Assembly: GCA_024710765.1 (NCBI GenBank)
Contig: JANJUE010000123.1
Location: forward strand, 17,005-81,004
Reading direction: 5' to 3'
DNA: 64,000 bases
DNA from: Pseudoxanthomonas sp.
GTDB lineage: Bacteria > Pseudomonadota > Gammaproteobacteria > Xanthomonadales > Xanthomonadaceae
Below, piece after piece: positions 50,039-59,997 of this stretch. The notes under the pieces were generated by a model. That model did no database searches. It was not told where the DNA came from and saw only the letters and a list, made by a program, of their open reading frames with translations. A program made the position numbers and the translations under genes. Positions within the stretch are counted from its first letter, which is position 1. The number at the start of each line of letters is the position of its first letter.

Positions 50039-52030
50039 TCACTCCAGCAGATGGCGTTGCCAGAACAGCATCGAGGCGGCACTGAAGTAGTCGCTGTTGG
50101 ATTTCTTCTGGAAGCCGTGGCCCTCGTCGGAGAACTCCAGGTACCAGACCGGCTGGCCGTTGCCACGCACGGCCTTCACGATCTGCTCGGCCTCGGTGTA
50201 GGGCACGCGCGGGTCATTGCGGCCCTGGGCGACGAACAGCGGCGAGGTGATCCGGTTGGCATGGTTGAGCGGCGAGATCTTCTCGAAGTGCTCGGCCATG
50301 GCGGGATCACGCTCGTCGCCGTATTCGGCGCGGCGCAGATCGCGCCGGTAGCTTTCGGTGTTCTTCAGGAAGGTGCCGAAATGGGAGATGCCGACCACGT
50401 CGATGCCGGCGCGGATGCGATCGCTGTAGTGCATCAGCGAGGCCAGCACCATGTAGCCACCGTAGCTGCCGCCATAGACGCCGACCCGCCTGGCATCCAG
50501 CTCCGGCTGCTGGCCGATCCAGTCCAGCAGCGCGCCGATGTCCTTGACCGAATCCTCGCGCTTGAAGCCGTTGTCCAGCTGCACGTAGGTCTTGCCGTAG
50601 CCGGTGGAGCCGCGCACGTTGGGCACCAGCACGGCGATGCCCATTTCATTGACCAGGTACTGGATGCCGGCATTGAAGGTCGGCAGCGACTGGCCTTCCG
50701 GACCGCCGTGGATGTTGATCAGCACCGGATACCGGCCGCTCTTCGCCGGCTTGGCCGGCTTGTAGAAGAAGGCCGGGATGGTGCGCGGCTTGCCGTCCAC
50801 CGCGTCGAAGGTCGGATAGCGCACCAGCGTGGGCGCGACGAAGCCGCCGGCGTCCAGGCCGCCGACTTCGCTGCGGGTCCAGCGCGACAGCTTCGTCGCC
50901 GCCAGATCGATCACGTAGACGTCGCTGGGTGAGGTGGCGGTGTTGAGGCTCAGCGCGAGCTTGCCGCCATCCGGCGAAAAGCCCATGCCGCCGACGATGC
51001 CGATGGGCAGTTCCGGCAGCGCGACCGGCTTGAAGGACGGCCAGGCGAACACACGCAGGCGATCGATGCCGTCCTCGTTGCTCACGTAGGCGACGTGGCG
51101 GCCGTCGTCGGAAACCTCCAGCTGATCCACGTCCCAGGGAATATCCGCGCTGACGACCTTGAACTCGCCGGTGGCGGGGTTGTGGTAGCGCAGGGTGCGG
51201 AATTCCTGCGGCTTGCCTTCCAGGTTCTCGTCGCTGACGTAGAACACGCTCTGGCCGTCGCCCGCGTACCGGAAACCGCCGATCGCGGCCTTGCCGCCTT
51301 CCACCGGGAAGCGGGTGAGCTTGCCGCTGGCCAGATCCACCTTGCCTGGATGCGATTCGTTGACCGAGACGTACTGGCTGACCAGCAGGGTCTTGCCGTC
51401 CGGCGAGAAATCCATCGCCCCCCATTGGCCGCCTTCGGTGACCACCGTGCGCGCCTTGCGGGTGGCGAGATCCATCACCCACACGTCGGTGTCCTTGCCG
51501 TTGCGGGCGGTGCTGCTCCACGCCAGCTGCTTGCCGTCATGCGAGAACAGTGGCCCCTGGTTGCGTGCCTTGCCGTCGGTGAGCAGGGTGGTTTCGCGGG
51601 TGGCCAGGTCGAACCAGTACAGCTGCCAGAACTCGTTGCCGCCCACGTCCTTGCCGAACACGAAGCCGTCGCGCCCGGACTTCGCCGGCGCGGTGCCGAT
51701 GCTGTTGATCGGCTCGGGATAGAAGGTCAGCTGTTCGCGCATGCCCATGGGTTCGCAGACGCGATGGGCCTGGTTGGTTTCGGCGAAGCGGGTGGCGATC
51801 AGTACGCAGCCTTCCGGCGTCCAGCCCGCAAAGCCGGCGCCGCGCGTGTTCTGGTAGCGGTTGAGGCGTTCGGCCAGTTCGGCGGGAATCGCCGGCACGT
51901 ACTCGGTGGTGCGATTGCCGACCTGTTCGCGTGCGGGCGCCTGGGTGGAGACGGCGGTGGTCCGGGCCAGCGCCGGAAGTGCAAGCAGGGCCAGGACCAA
52001 AGGCAGGCATCGGCCAGGATGACGGGTCAT
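50039..52030 (-). CDS. Exported S9-family serine peptidase (prolyl oligopeptidase / DPP type) with N-terminal beta-propeller
   Basis: Signal peptide. TolB-like propeller repeats (FSHDGKQLAW, FSPDGKTLLV, FSPDGGKLAL). Catalytic GGSYGGYM, with Asp (GRNDPRVP) and His (EGHGF). Confidence 0.9.
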   Translation of the reverse strand: MTRHPGRCLPLVLALLALPALARTTAVSTQAPAREQVGNRTTEYVPAIPAELAERLNRYQNTRGAGFAGWTPEGCVLIATRFAETNQAHRVCEPMGMREQLTFYPEPINSIGTAPAKSGRDGFVFGKDVGGNEFWQLYWFDLATRETTLLTDGKARNQGPLFSHDGKQLAWSSTARNGKDTDVWVMDLATRKARTVVTEGGQWGAMDFSPDGKTLLVSQYVSVNESHPGKVDLASGKLTRFPVEGGKAAIGGFRYAGDGQSVFYVSDENLEGKPQEFRTLRYHNPATGEFKVVSADIPWDVDQLEVSDDGRHVAYVSNEDGIDRLRVFAWPSFKPVALPELPIGIVGGMGFSPDGGKLALSLNTATSPSDVYVIDLAATKLSRWTRSEVGGLDAGGFVAPTLVRYPTFDAVDGKPRTIPAFFYKPAKPAKSGRYPVLINIHGGPEGQSLPTFNAGIQYLVNEMGIAVLVPNVRGSTGYGKTYVQLDNGFKREDSVKDIGALLDWIGQQPELDARRVGVYGGSYGGYMVLASLMHYSDRIRAGIDVVGISHFGTFLKNTESYRRDLRRAEYGDERDPAMAEHFEKISPLNHANRITSPLFVAQGRNDPRVPYTEAEQIVKAVRGNGQPVWYLEFSDEGHGFQKKSNSDYFSAASMLFWQRHLLE

Positions 52031-52113
52031 GCGAAGGTTTCTCCCCGGGTGAAAAAACCGAGGTTACCCATGTTCCGCGCTCCGCGGCCAGTGTCGCGGC
52101 GATGACGCCGAAG

Positions 52114-52145
52114 CGGGAACGGTGGATGACGCGCCACCGTTCCCG
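52114..52145 (-). terminator. Perfect 12-bp stem-loop just downstream of the DUF442 gene
   Basis: CGGGAACGGTGG-atgacgcg-CCACCGTTCCCG. No clear U-tract. Confidence 0.4.
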
Positions 52146-52151
52146 CGGTGA

Positions 52152-52658
52152 TCACGGCGTCCGCAGTTTCTGTTCGACCACCGGCGCGAGCGATTTAAGG
52201 CCGGCCTGGCGACCCAGCTCCAGCGCCCTGTCGCTGCTGGCGCCTTCTTCCTGTTTCGCCATCAGCGCCAGCAGTGCGCCGACCCGGTTGCCGGAGGCGC
52301 AATGCAGCAGCACATTGTCGCCGCCGTCCTGCAGCAGCTTCTTCAGTGCGGTGGCATTGGCGGCGGTGAGATCGTCGGCACCGGCGATGGGCAGGCGCTC
52401 GTAGCGCATGCCGTGCTGTCGGGCGACGGCAGCCTCATCGAAGCCGCGATCCTCGCCGGGTGCGCGCAGGTCGATGACGGTGCGCACGCCCTGCTTCGAG
52501 AAATCAGCCAGTTGTTCCGCGGTGGGCTGGCCGCCGGTATGCAGGCCCGGACGCGGCTGGGTGAAATCGCCGGCCTGGACCTGCAGCGCCAGCAGCAACA
52601 GCGCGCCGGCGAGCAGATGACGGAACGATGCGACGGTATGGCGGGATCCACGTTTCAT
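52152..52658 (-). CDS. Exported DUF442 / Blh-type phosphatase-like (sulfurtransferase-associated) domain protein
   Basis: Signal peptide LLAGALLLLALQVQA. Cys-loop LLHCASGNRVG typical of the DUF442 fold. Confidence 0.7.
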   Translation of the reverse strand: MKRGSRHTVASFRHLLAGALLLLALQVQAGDFTQPRPGLHTGGQPTAEQLADFSKQGVRTVIDLRAPGEDRGFDEAAVARQHGMRYERLPIAGADDLTAANATALKKLLQDGGDNVLLHCASGNRVGALLALMAKQEEGASSDRALELGRQAGLKSLAPVVEQKLRTP

Positions 52659-52672
52659 GGGAGTCTCCTCGT

Positions 52673-54403
52673 TCAGCGGGCCACGCGCGCCTGCAGCAGG
52701 GCGCGCAATTCGTATTTGTCGGCTTCGTCCAGGCCGATGTTGCGCTGTTTCACCTGAAGTTCGTCGATACGTTGCTGCAACAGCTGTTTTTCCATCTGGT
52801 GCGCGGCATCGAGCAATTCGGCATGCCAGGTCGCGTCGTCGCCGGGCAGCTCCTGCATCGCGAGCTTCTGCAGCGCGGCCAGTTCCTCGCGCTCGGCGAA
52901 ATGTTCCAGCAGCGCGCCGGTGGTGATGTCCGGACGCGCATGCACGATGTCCAGCAGCTCCAGCAGCAGTTCGATGCCGGGCTGGCGCAGGCCGGCGAAG
53001 GCGTGCGGCGGCTCCAGCGCCAGCGCCAGCGCGGGCTTGTGCAGCAGGCGCACGATCGCGCTGCGCACCAGGCTCGGCTTGTGGCCACCGGCGGGGCGAT
53101 GCGATGCGGCGACGCCTGGCCGGACTACCGGGGCCGGCGGCGCAGTGGCGGCGCCAACGCCGGTGATCTCGCCCAGTCGTTGCCGCATCAGGTCGCCGAA
53201 CGCGCCGTCCGGAATCTGCGCCAGCAAGGGTCGTGCGCGTTCGGCCAGCCGCGCCTTGCCGTCCAGGGTGGACAGGCGGATGTCCTTGCCCAGTTCCTGG
53301 AAGAAGAACTCCGACAGCGGCATCGCCTGCTGCAGGCGCGCGTCGAACGCGGCCGCGCCTTCCTGGCGCACGATGGTGTCAGGATCCTCGCCGTCCGGCA
53401 GGAACAGGAAGAACGCCTGGCGTCCATCCTTCATCCGCGGCAGCACCGATTCCAGCGCGCGCCAGGCGGCGCGCTGTCCGGCGGCGTCGCCGTCGAAACA
53501 GAAGTAGACATCCGGCGCGTTGCGGAACAGCAGTTCGGCATGGTCCGGCGTGGTCGCGGTGCCGAGCGTGGCGACCGCTTCCTTGACCCCGAACTGGAAC
53601 AGCGAAACCACATCCATGTAGCCCTCGACCACGATCAGCCGGGCGATCTTCTGGTTGGCCTGGCGTACCTGCCACAGGCCGTAGAGTTCGCGGCCCTTGT
53701 GGAACAGCGCGGTCTCGGGCGAGTTGAGGTACTTGGGGCCGTCGTCCTTCTGCAGCACGCGGCCGCCGAAGGCGATGACCCGGCCACGCCGGTCGTAGAT
53801 CGGGAACATCACCCGATCCCGGAACTTGTCGTAGGTGTGGCCGCGATCGTTCTTGGAGAACAGGCCGGCGCGATCCAGCAGCTTCATCCGGCGTTCGTCG
53901 GTGCCGAGCGCGTCCTTGAGCCCGGAGAAACCATCCGGCGCGTAGCCGATGGCGAACTGCGCGCGGGTGGCCGCGTCCACGCCGCGTCCGTCCAGGTAGG
54001 CGCGTGCTTTCTCGCTGCCTTCCAACTGGCGCTGGAAGAAGCGCGCGGTCGCTTCCAGCGCGCCAAACAGATCGCGGGTGTCGTTGCTCTGGTTGCGCTG
54101 CTGCGTCTCGCGCGGCACTTCCATGCCGTTGCGCCGGGCCAGTTCCTCGACCGCGTCGAGGAACTCCAGGCGGTCGTAGTTCATCAGGAACGACAACGCG
54201 GTACCGTGCGCGCCGCAACCGAAGCAGTGGTAGAACTGCTTGGTCGGGGAGACCGTGAACGACGGCGAGCGCTCGTCATGGAACGGGCAGCAGGCCGAGT
54301 ACTCCTTGCCCTGCCGCTTCAGCGGCACGCGCGCGCTGATCACCTCGACGATATCCGTCCGGGCGAGCAGTTCGTCGATGAAGGCGTCGGGGATGCGGGC
54401 CAT
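52673..54403 (-). CDS. dnaG: DNA primase
   Basis: Zinc ribbon CCPFHDERSPSFTVSPTKQFYHCFGCGAHG. TOPRIM VVEGYMDV. 576 aa. Confidence 0.95.
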   Translation of the reverse strand: MARIPDAFIDELLARTDIVEVISARVPLKRQGKEYSACCPFHDERSPSFTVSPTKQFYHCFGCGAHGTALSFLMNYDRLEFLDAVEELARRNGMEVPRETQQRNQSNDTRDLFGALEATARFFQRQLEGSEKARAYLDGRGVDAATRAQFAIGYAPDGFSGLKDALGTDERRMKLLDRAGLFSKNDRGHTYDKFRDRVMFPIYDRRGRVIAFGGRVLQKDDGPKYLNSPETALFHKGRELYGLWQVRQANQKIARLIVVEGYMDVVSLFQFGVKEAVATLGTATTPDHAELLFRNAPDVYFCFDGDAAGQRAAWRALESVLPRMKDGRQAFFLFLPDGEDPDTIVRQEGAAAFDARLQQAMPLSEFFFQELGKDIRLSTLDGKARLAERARPLLAQIPDGAFGDLMRQRLGEITGVGAATAPPAPVVRPGVAASHRPAGGHKPSLVRSAIVRLLHKPALALALEPPHAFAGLRQPGIELLLELLDIVHARPDITTGALLEHFAEREELAALQKLAMQELPGDDATWHAELLDAAHQMEKQLLQQRIDELQVKQRNIGLDEADKYELRALLQARVAR

Positions 54404-54437
54404 GGACTGCGTAGTATTCCACGCCCGGCAGGCGGCG

Positions 54438-55313
54438 TCAGGAAGCGCCGGGAGGTGCCTGGCCCCGGCGGGCGATCAGCCGTTCGTCGATTAGCGCGGT
54501 CAGCAGGGCGCCCACCAGGAACACCACCGTGGCGTAGTACATCCAGACCAGCAGGATGACCAGCGTCCCCATCGAGCCGTAGGCGCTGCCCGGCGCCGCC
54601 TGGGCGATGTACAGGCCGATGGCCCAGCGGCCGGCGATGAACAGCACCGCCGTCAGCGCGCCGCCCAGGAAGGCGCGGGGCCATGCCACCCGCCGATCCG
54701 GCAGGTAGTGGTAGAGCAGTGCGAACGCGAACACGTACAGCACCAGCGAGGCCAGATCACCGAGCGCGGGCAGCAGCGAGGGGACCCGTGCGAACAGCAC
54801 CTGCAGCGCGGTGTTCAGGGTCATCGACACCAGCAGCAGGAAACCCAGCGCGAGCACCACGCCGAACGAGAAGATGCGCTTGCGCAGCCACGCCCACGGA
54901 CCCTCCAGGCGTTGGGCGTCGGTGCGGAAGATCAGGTTCAGCGCCTGCTGCAGCTGGCCGAACACGGCGGTGGCGCCGATGAACAGCAGCACCGTGCTCC
55001 AGCCACCGGCCAGCGAACCGACGCTGGGACGGTTGCGCGCGTTGCGCAGGACCGTGGTGGCGATGTCGGCGGCGTCGCGGCCGGCCAGATCGCCGATCTG
55101 CCGCAGCAGCGCCTCCTGCGCGCTGGGGTACAGCGCGGTGGTCAGCCACAGCAGCAATACCAGCAACGGGGCCAGCGACAGCAGGGCGTAGAACGCCAGC
55201 GACGCGGCCTGCGCCATCACGTCGATTTCGATGAACCGCCGGACCAGCGCGACCGGCAGGCTGGCGTGGAAACGCTTCAGGAAACGCAGCAGCTGATCGC
55301 GCAGGCCCCGCAT
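54438..55313 (-). CDS. yihY: YihY/BrkB-family inner membrane protein
   Basis: Six TM segments. AASLAFYALLSLAPLL signature. Start at the internal ATG (MRGLRDQLLRF). Confidence 0.85.
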   Translation of the reverse strand: MRGLRDQLLRFLKRFHASLPVALVRRFIEIDVMAQAASLAFYALLSLAPLLVLLLWLTTALYPSAQEALLRQIGDLAGRDAADIATTVLRNARNRPSVGSLAGGWSTVLLFIGATAVFGQLQQALNLIFRTDAQRLEGPWAWLRKRIFSFGVVLALGFLLLVSMTLNTALQVLFARVPSLLPALGDLASLVLYVFAFALLYHYLPDRRVAWPRAFLGGALTAVLFIAGRWAIGLYIAQAAPGSAYGSMGTLVILLVWMYYATVVFLVGALLTALIDERLIARRGQAPPGAS

Positions 55314-55392
55314 CGGATTCGGCGCTTGTCCGGACACGGGGCCAGCATGACAGGCGCATGTCGTCGCGCCGTGAGCGCGTCGTCGTCGGCGA

Positions 55393-55887
55393 TCATTCCG
55401 CCGGCATCGCGGCCAGCCGCCGCAGGGCATCCCCGCTGACCCGCTGCACCGTCCACTCGTCCTGGCCCAGCGCGCCGAGCGAGCGGTAGAAACGGATCGC
55501 GGGCTCGTTCCAGTCCAGCACCGACCATTCGAAGCGGCCGTAGCCGCGTTCCACCGCCCGGCTTGCCAGATCGATCATCAGCCGCTTGCCCACGCCCAGC
55601 CCGCGGAACCGGGGCCGCACGAACAGATCCTCCAGGTAGAGGCCGGGCAGGCCGACGAATGTGGAGAAGCTGGTGAAGAACAGGGCGAAACCGGCGGGCT
55701 CGCCCTCGACCTCGGCGATGATCACCTCGGCGGCCGGACGCGGACCGAACAGGTGTTCGGCCAGTTGCACCTCGGTGGCGACCGCTTCATGGGCCAGCCG
55801 CTCGTATTCGGCCAGTTCACGGATGAAGGCGAGGATGTGCGGCAGGTCGTCGCGGACGGCCGCGCGCAGGAGGATCGTCGGGGACAT
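55393..55887 (-). CDS. GNAT-family N-acetyltransferase
   Basis: Motif A LFVRPRFRGLGVGKRLM. Start at the internal ATG (MSPTILLRAAV). Confidence 0.85.
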   Translation of the reverse strand: MSPTILLRAAVRDDLPHILAFIRELAEYERLAHEAVATEVQLAEHLFGPRPAAEVIIAEVEGEPAGFALFFTSFSTFVGLPGLYLEDLFVRPRFRGLGVGKRLMIDLASRAVERGYGRFEWSVLDWNEPAIRFYRSLGALGQDEWTVQRVSGDALRRLAAMPAE

Positions 55888-55989
55888 CGTGGAGCGGAAC
55901 CGGTTCCGCCAGGCAGGGGAAGAAGGCTCAAGCATACCGGCGAAGACGGCGCGGCTCGCGTCGCGCCACCTTCCGGCCGGCCAGCGGGC

Positions 55990-56436
55990 TCAGCCCGCGA
56001 ACTTCTTCTTCACCAGCGCCGAGACCTGGCCCATGTCGGCCTGGCCGGCCAGGCGCGGCTTCAGCACGCCCATCAGCTTGCCCATGTCGGCCGGGCCGCT
56101 GGCGCCGGTCTCGGCGATGGCGGCGTCGATGGCGGCCAGGATTTCGGCCTCGCCCAGCTTGGCCGGCAGGTAGCGCTCGATGACGAGGATCTCGGCGCGC
56201 TCGACCGCGGCCAGGTCCTCGCGGCCGGCGGCTTCGTACTGGTTCACCGAGTCCTTGCGCTGCTTGACCATCTTCTCCAGCACGGCGAGCACGGCGGCGT
56301 CGTCCAGTTCGACGCGCTCGTCCACTTCACGCTGCTTGATGGCGGCGTTGACCAGGCGGATGACGCCCAGGGTGTCCTTGTCGCCGCCCTTCATGGCGGC
56401 CTTCATGTCGTCGGTGAGCTGTTGCTTCAGGGGCAT
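55990..56436 (-). CDS. yqeY: GatB/YqeY domain protein
   Basis: MPLKQQLTDDMKAAMKGGDKDTLGVIRLVNAAIKQREVDE is the typical YqeY N-terminus. Confidence 0.88.
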   Translation of the reverse strand: MPLKQQLTDDMKAAMKGGDKDTLGVIRLVNAAIKQREVDERVELDDAAVLAVLEKMVKQRKDSVNQYEAAGREDLAAVERAEILVIERYLPAKLGEAEILAAIDAAIAETGASGPADMGKLMGVLKPRLAGQADMGQVSALVKKKFAG

Positions 56437-56494
56437 GGTGTTCTCCGGGGCCTGCCAGCGGCAGGGAAAAAAAGGATACGGATTCCAGAAACGC

Positions 56495-56526
56495 AAAAAG
56501 CCGGCCACGCTCGCGCGTGCCGGCTT
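56495..56526 (-). terminator. Rho-independent (probably attenuating) terminator between rpsU and yqeY
   Basis: On the minus strand, AGCCGGCACGC-gcga-GCGTGGCCGGCT (one bulge) is followed by TTTTTGCGTTT. Confidence 0.7.
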
Positions 56527-56544
56527 CTGGCGAAACGCCGTCGC

Positions 56545-56760
56545 TCAGTACAGGCGCTGGCGCTTGGTCACGTCGCGCGAAGAGCGACGCAGCTGGCGCT
56601 TCACCGCAGCAGCGGCCTTGCGCTTGCGTTCCTGGGTCGGCTTCTCGTAGAACTCGCGCTTGCGGGTTTCAGCCAGCACGCCGGCCTTTTCGCAGGTGCG
56701 CTTGAAGCGACGGAGCGCAAACTCAAACGGCTCGTTTTCGCGGACTTTGACGCTGGGCAT
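56545..56760 (-). CDS. rpsU: 30S ribosomal protein S21
   Basis: [48 protein letters not shown]. 71 aa. Confidence 0.96.
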
Positions 56761-56809
56761 ACGTAATCTCGGTGATGGAAACGACCCGGGCAGACCGGGT
56801 GAGCCGCGC

Positions 56810-56839
56810 ATTATAGCGATGGCGGGCGGAAAAGTGCAA
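56810..56839 (-). promoter_or_regulatory. Sigma-70 promoter of rpsU (TTGCAC-18 bp-TATAAT)
   Basis: On the minus strand, TTGCAC (56839-56834), an 18-bp spacer, then TATAAT (56815-56810). Lies about 50 nt upstream of the rpsU ATG. Confidence 0.65.
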
Positions 56840-56849
56840 CATAGCGCCC

Positions 56850-57905
56850 ATGAAGGTTCTTGGCATCGAAACCAGCTGCGACGAGACCGGCGTGGCGGTC
56901 TACGACACCGCCCGGACCGGCGCCGGCGGCCTGCTGGCCCATGCGGTCTACAGCCAGATTGCGCTCCACGCCGAATACGGCGGGGTGGTGCCGGAGCTGG
57001 CTAGCCGCGACCACGTCCGCAAGCTGCTGCCGCTGATCCGCCAGACCCTGGCCGAGGCCGGCCTGGACACCCGCGACCTGGACGGCGTCGCCTATACCGC
57101 CGGGCCCGGCCTGGTGGGGGCGCTGCTGGTGGGCGCCGGGGTGGCCCGATCGCTGGCCTGGGCGCTGGATGTGCCGGCGGTGGCGGTCCATCACATGGAA
57201 GGCCACCTGCTGGCCCCGCTCATCGAGCATGATCCGCCGGAGCCGCCGTTCGTGGCCCTGCTGGTGTCGGGGGGACATACCCAGCTGGTGGCGGTGGACG
57301 CCATCGGCAGCTACCGGCTGCTGGGCGAGACCTTGGACGACGCCGCCGGCGAGGCCTTCGACAAGACCGCCAAGCTGATGGGATTGCCGTATCCCGGCGG
57401 CCCGCAGTTGGCCAGACTTGCCGAGGACGGCACCCCCGGCCGGTTCAGGTTCGCCCGGCCGATGACCGACCGGCCCGGCCTGGACTTCAGCTTCTCCGGC
57501 CTGAAGACCCAGGTCCTGCTGGCCTGGCGCGACAGCGACCAGCAGCCGCAGACCAAGGCCGACATCGCGCGCGGTTTCGAGGACGCGGTGGTTGAAACCC
57601 TGGCCATCAAGTGCGGCCGCGCGCTGGATGAAGCCGGTTGCGACACCCTGATCGTGGCTGGCGGCGTGGGCGCCAACAAGCGCCTGCGCGCGCGCCTGCA
57701 GGAGATGGCCGCGCGACGCGGCGGCCGTGTGTGCTTCCCGCGCCTGGATCTGTGCACCGACAACGGCGCGATGATCGCCTTCGCCGGCGCGCTGCGGCTG
57801 GAAGCCGGGCAGCACGAGAGCGCCGAAGTGAAGGTGACGCCGCGCTGGGACATGGCGACGCTGGCACCGGTGGCGCGCAATCCGGTATCGGCCGGCGCCC
57901 AATAA
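56850..57905 (+). CDS. tsaD: tRNA N6-adenosine threonylcarbamoyltransferase
   Basis: [19 protein letters not shown] and VHHMEGHLL metal site. 351 aa. Divergent from rpsU as in many proteobacteria. Confidence 0.95.
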
Positions 57906-57974
57906 CGCGGCACAGGGTAGGTTCCGTCGCGGGCGGGTACCATGCCCGCGTATCCACTTCGATTGTTGTTGCAC

Positions 57975-58337
57975 ATGGACAAGGTTTTCATCGAGGGCCT
58001 GCGGACCGACGCCGTGATCGGCGTCTACGACTGGGAACGCAGCATCCGCCAGGACCTGCGCCTGGATCTGGAACTGGCGTTCGACAACCGCAAGCCGGCG
58101 GCCAGCGACGATGTCGCCGACACGCTCGACTACGATGCGATCAGCCGGCGCCTCACCGCGTTCGTGCAGGCGTCCGAATTCGGTCTGGTCGAAACACTCG
58201 CCGAGCGCTGCGCCGCGCTGCTGATCGAGGAGTTCGGCGTGACCTGGCTGCGCCTGCGCCTGACCAAGCCCGGCGCGGTCGCCAATGCCGCCGGAGTGGG
58301 CGTGATCATCGAGCGCGGCACGGCGGATCCGGCATGA
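57975..58337 (+). CDS. folB: Dihydroneopterin aldolase
   Basis: DKVFIEGLRTDAVIGVYDWERSIRQDLRLDLELAF is a classic FolB signature. Start at the internal ATG at 57975. Confidence 0.88.
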   Translation: MDKVFIEGLRTDAVIGVYDWERSIRQDLRLDLELAFDNRKPAASDDVADTLDYDAISRRLTAFVQASEFGLVETLAERCAALLIEEFGVTWLRLRLTKPGAVANAAGVGVIIERGTADPA

Positions 58338-59611
58338 ACCAGCGACTGGAACAACTGCGCGCGTGGCTGGAGCCCTATCCCTGGGCCTACACCACGCTAG
58401 TCATCTGCGCGCTGCTGCTGGCGGCGTGGCTGGCCAACTGGGTGACCAAGCGCGTGCTGCTGCGTGGACTGCGGCGGATGCTCAACTCGCTGCCGCTGGG
58501 CGAACCGCACGAGGTGCGCCTGCGGGTGATTCCCAGGCTGGCCAACGTCATCCCGGCGATCGTGCTGTCGGCCGGCGTGGTGGCCGTGCCGGATCTGCCG
58601 GAACACGTGGTCACCATCGTCCGCAACGTCTGCACTGCCTTCATCATCCTGACCCTGGCGCTGGCGTTCTCCGGGGCGATGGACCTGGTCAACCAGATCT
58701 ACCAGCGCCGCGCCGACGCGCACAACAAGCCGATCAAGGGCTACCTGCAGCTGCTGAAGATCGTGGTGTTCACGATCGCGGGGGTGCTGATGGTGGCGAC
58801 CCTGATCGATCGCTCGCCGTTGATCCTGCTGTCCGGGCTGGGCGCGATGATGGCGGTGCTGATCCTGGTGTTCCAGGACACCATCCTGTCGCTGGTCGCC
58901 AGCCTGCAGATCAGCTCCAACGACATGGTCCGGGTGGGTGACTGGATCGAGATGCCCCAGCTCAACGCCGATGGCGACGTGATCGACATCGCCCTGCACA
59001 CGGTGAAGGTGCAGAACTGGGACAAGACCATCACCAACATCCCGACCAAGAAGCTGATCAACGATTCGTTCAAGAACTGGCGCGGCATGAGCGAGGCCGG
59101 CGGGCGCCGGATCAAGCGTTCGCTGTACCTGGACCAGCACAGCGTGCGCTTCCTCACCGACGAAGAACTCGGCCGCATGCACGGCTTCACCGTGCTGGAT
59201 CGCTACCTCAATGAGAAGGGCCGGGAAATTTCCGCCTGGAACAGCGATCTGGAAGCGCGCGGCATCCATCCGGTGAACGCGCGCCGGGTGACCAACCTGG
59301 GCACGTTCCGGGCCTATGTCGAGAACTACCTGCGCAACCACCCCGGCATCCACCAGGACATGACCCTGCTGGTACGCCAGCAGCAACCCGGTTCCACCGG
59401 CCTGCCGCTGGAGATCTACTGCTTCACCCGCGACATCCGCTGGGGCGTGTACGAGAACATCCAGTCGGACATCTTCGACCACCTGCTGGCGATCCTGCCG
59501 GAGTTCGGCCTGCGGGTGTTCCAGGAATCCTCCGACGCGGGCATCACCGCCGCGTTGATGGCGACCGCCGCGCTGAAGCGCGCCGAGGATGGCGCGGCGC
59601 CATCCGCATGA
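58334..59611 (+). CDS. Mechanosensitive ion channel family protein (MscS-like)
   Basis: Several N-terminal TM helices, then an MscS beta-domain (SNDMVRVGDWIEMPQLNADGDVIDIALHTVKVQNWDKTITNIPT). The ATG at 58334 overlaps the folB stop (ATGA). Confidence 0.85.
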   Translation: MNQRLEQLRAWLEPYPWAYTTLVICALLLAAWLANWVTKRVLLRGLRRMLNSLPLGEPHEVRLRVIPRLANVIPAIVLSAGVVAVPDLPEHVVTIVRNVCTAFIILTLALAFSGAMDLVNQIYQRRADAHNKPIKGYLQLLKIVVFTIAGVLMVATLIDRSPLILLSGLGAMMAVLILVFQDTILSLVASLQISSNDMVRVGDWIEMPQLNADGDVIDIALHTVKVQNWDKTITNIPTKKLINDSFKNWRGMSEAGGRRIKRSLYLDQHSVRFLTDEELGRMHGFTVLDRYLNEKGREISAWNSDLEARGIHPVNARRVTNLGTFRAYVENYLRNHPGIHQDMTLLVRQQQPGSTGLPLEIYCFTRDIRWGVYENIQSDIFDHLLAILPEFGLRVFQESSDAGITAALMATAALKRAEDGAAPSA

Positions 59612-59997
59612 GTCCGCATCGCTACCTGTTGATCCTCGGCAGTGGCGCCGATGGAGAGGCGCAACTGGCACGCGCGCGCGCCGCGCTGGCGGGCGAAGGG
59701 CGGCTCCTGGCGTCGTCGCCGGTGGTGACCGGCGCCAGCGTGGTGTCGGGAGACCCGCACCGCTACGCCAACCAGGCGGTGCTGCTGGAAACCGCGCTGG
59801 CGCGGACCGCATTCAATGCGCGCCTGAAGGCCCTGGAAACCGAGCTGGGACGACGTCCGGGCGATGCCGCCTGCGCCATCGACCTGGATCTGGCGCGCGA
59901 GTACGCCATCGACGGTGAAATGCGCTGGGAAAACCCGGCCAAGCTCGAACATCCGCTGTTCGAGAAGCTTGCGGCGCAGGTCGCGCCGGTCAGATGA
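59608..59997 (+). CDS. HPPK (FolK)-like protein, short and apparently catalytically degenerate
   Basis: YLLILGSGADGEAQL..., YANQAVLLETALARTAFNARLKALETELGR and IDLDL align with E. coli HPPK as recalled (YLNAAVALETSLAPEELLNHTQRIELQQGR...LDLDI). The RWGPR loop is missing. The ATG overlaps the MscS stop (ATGA). Confidence 0.65.
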   Translation: MSPHRYLLILGSGADGEAQLARARAALAGEGRLLASSPVVTGASVVSGDPHRYANQAVLLETALARTAFNARLKALETELGRRPGDAACAIDLDLAREYAIDGEMRWENPAKLEHPLFEKLAAQVAPVR

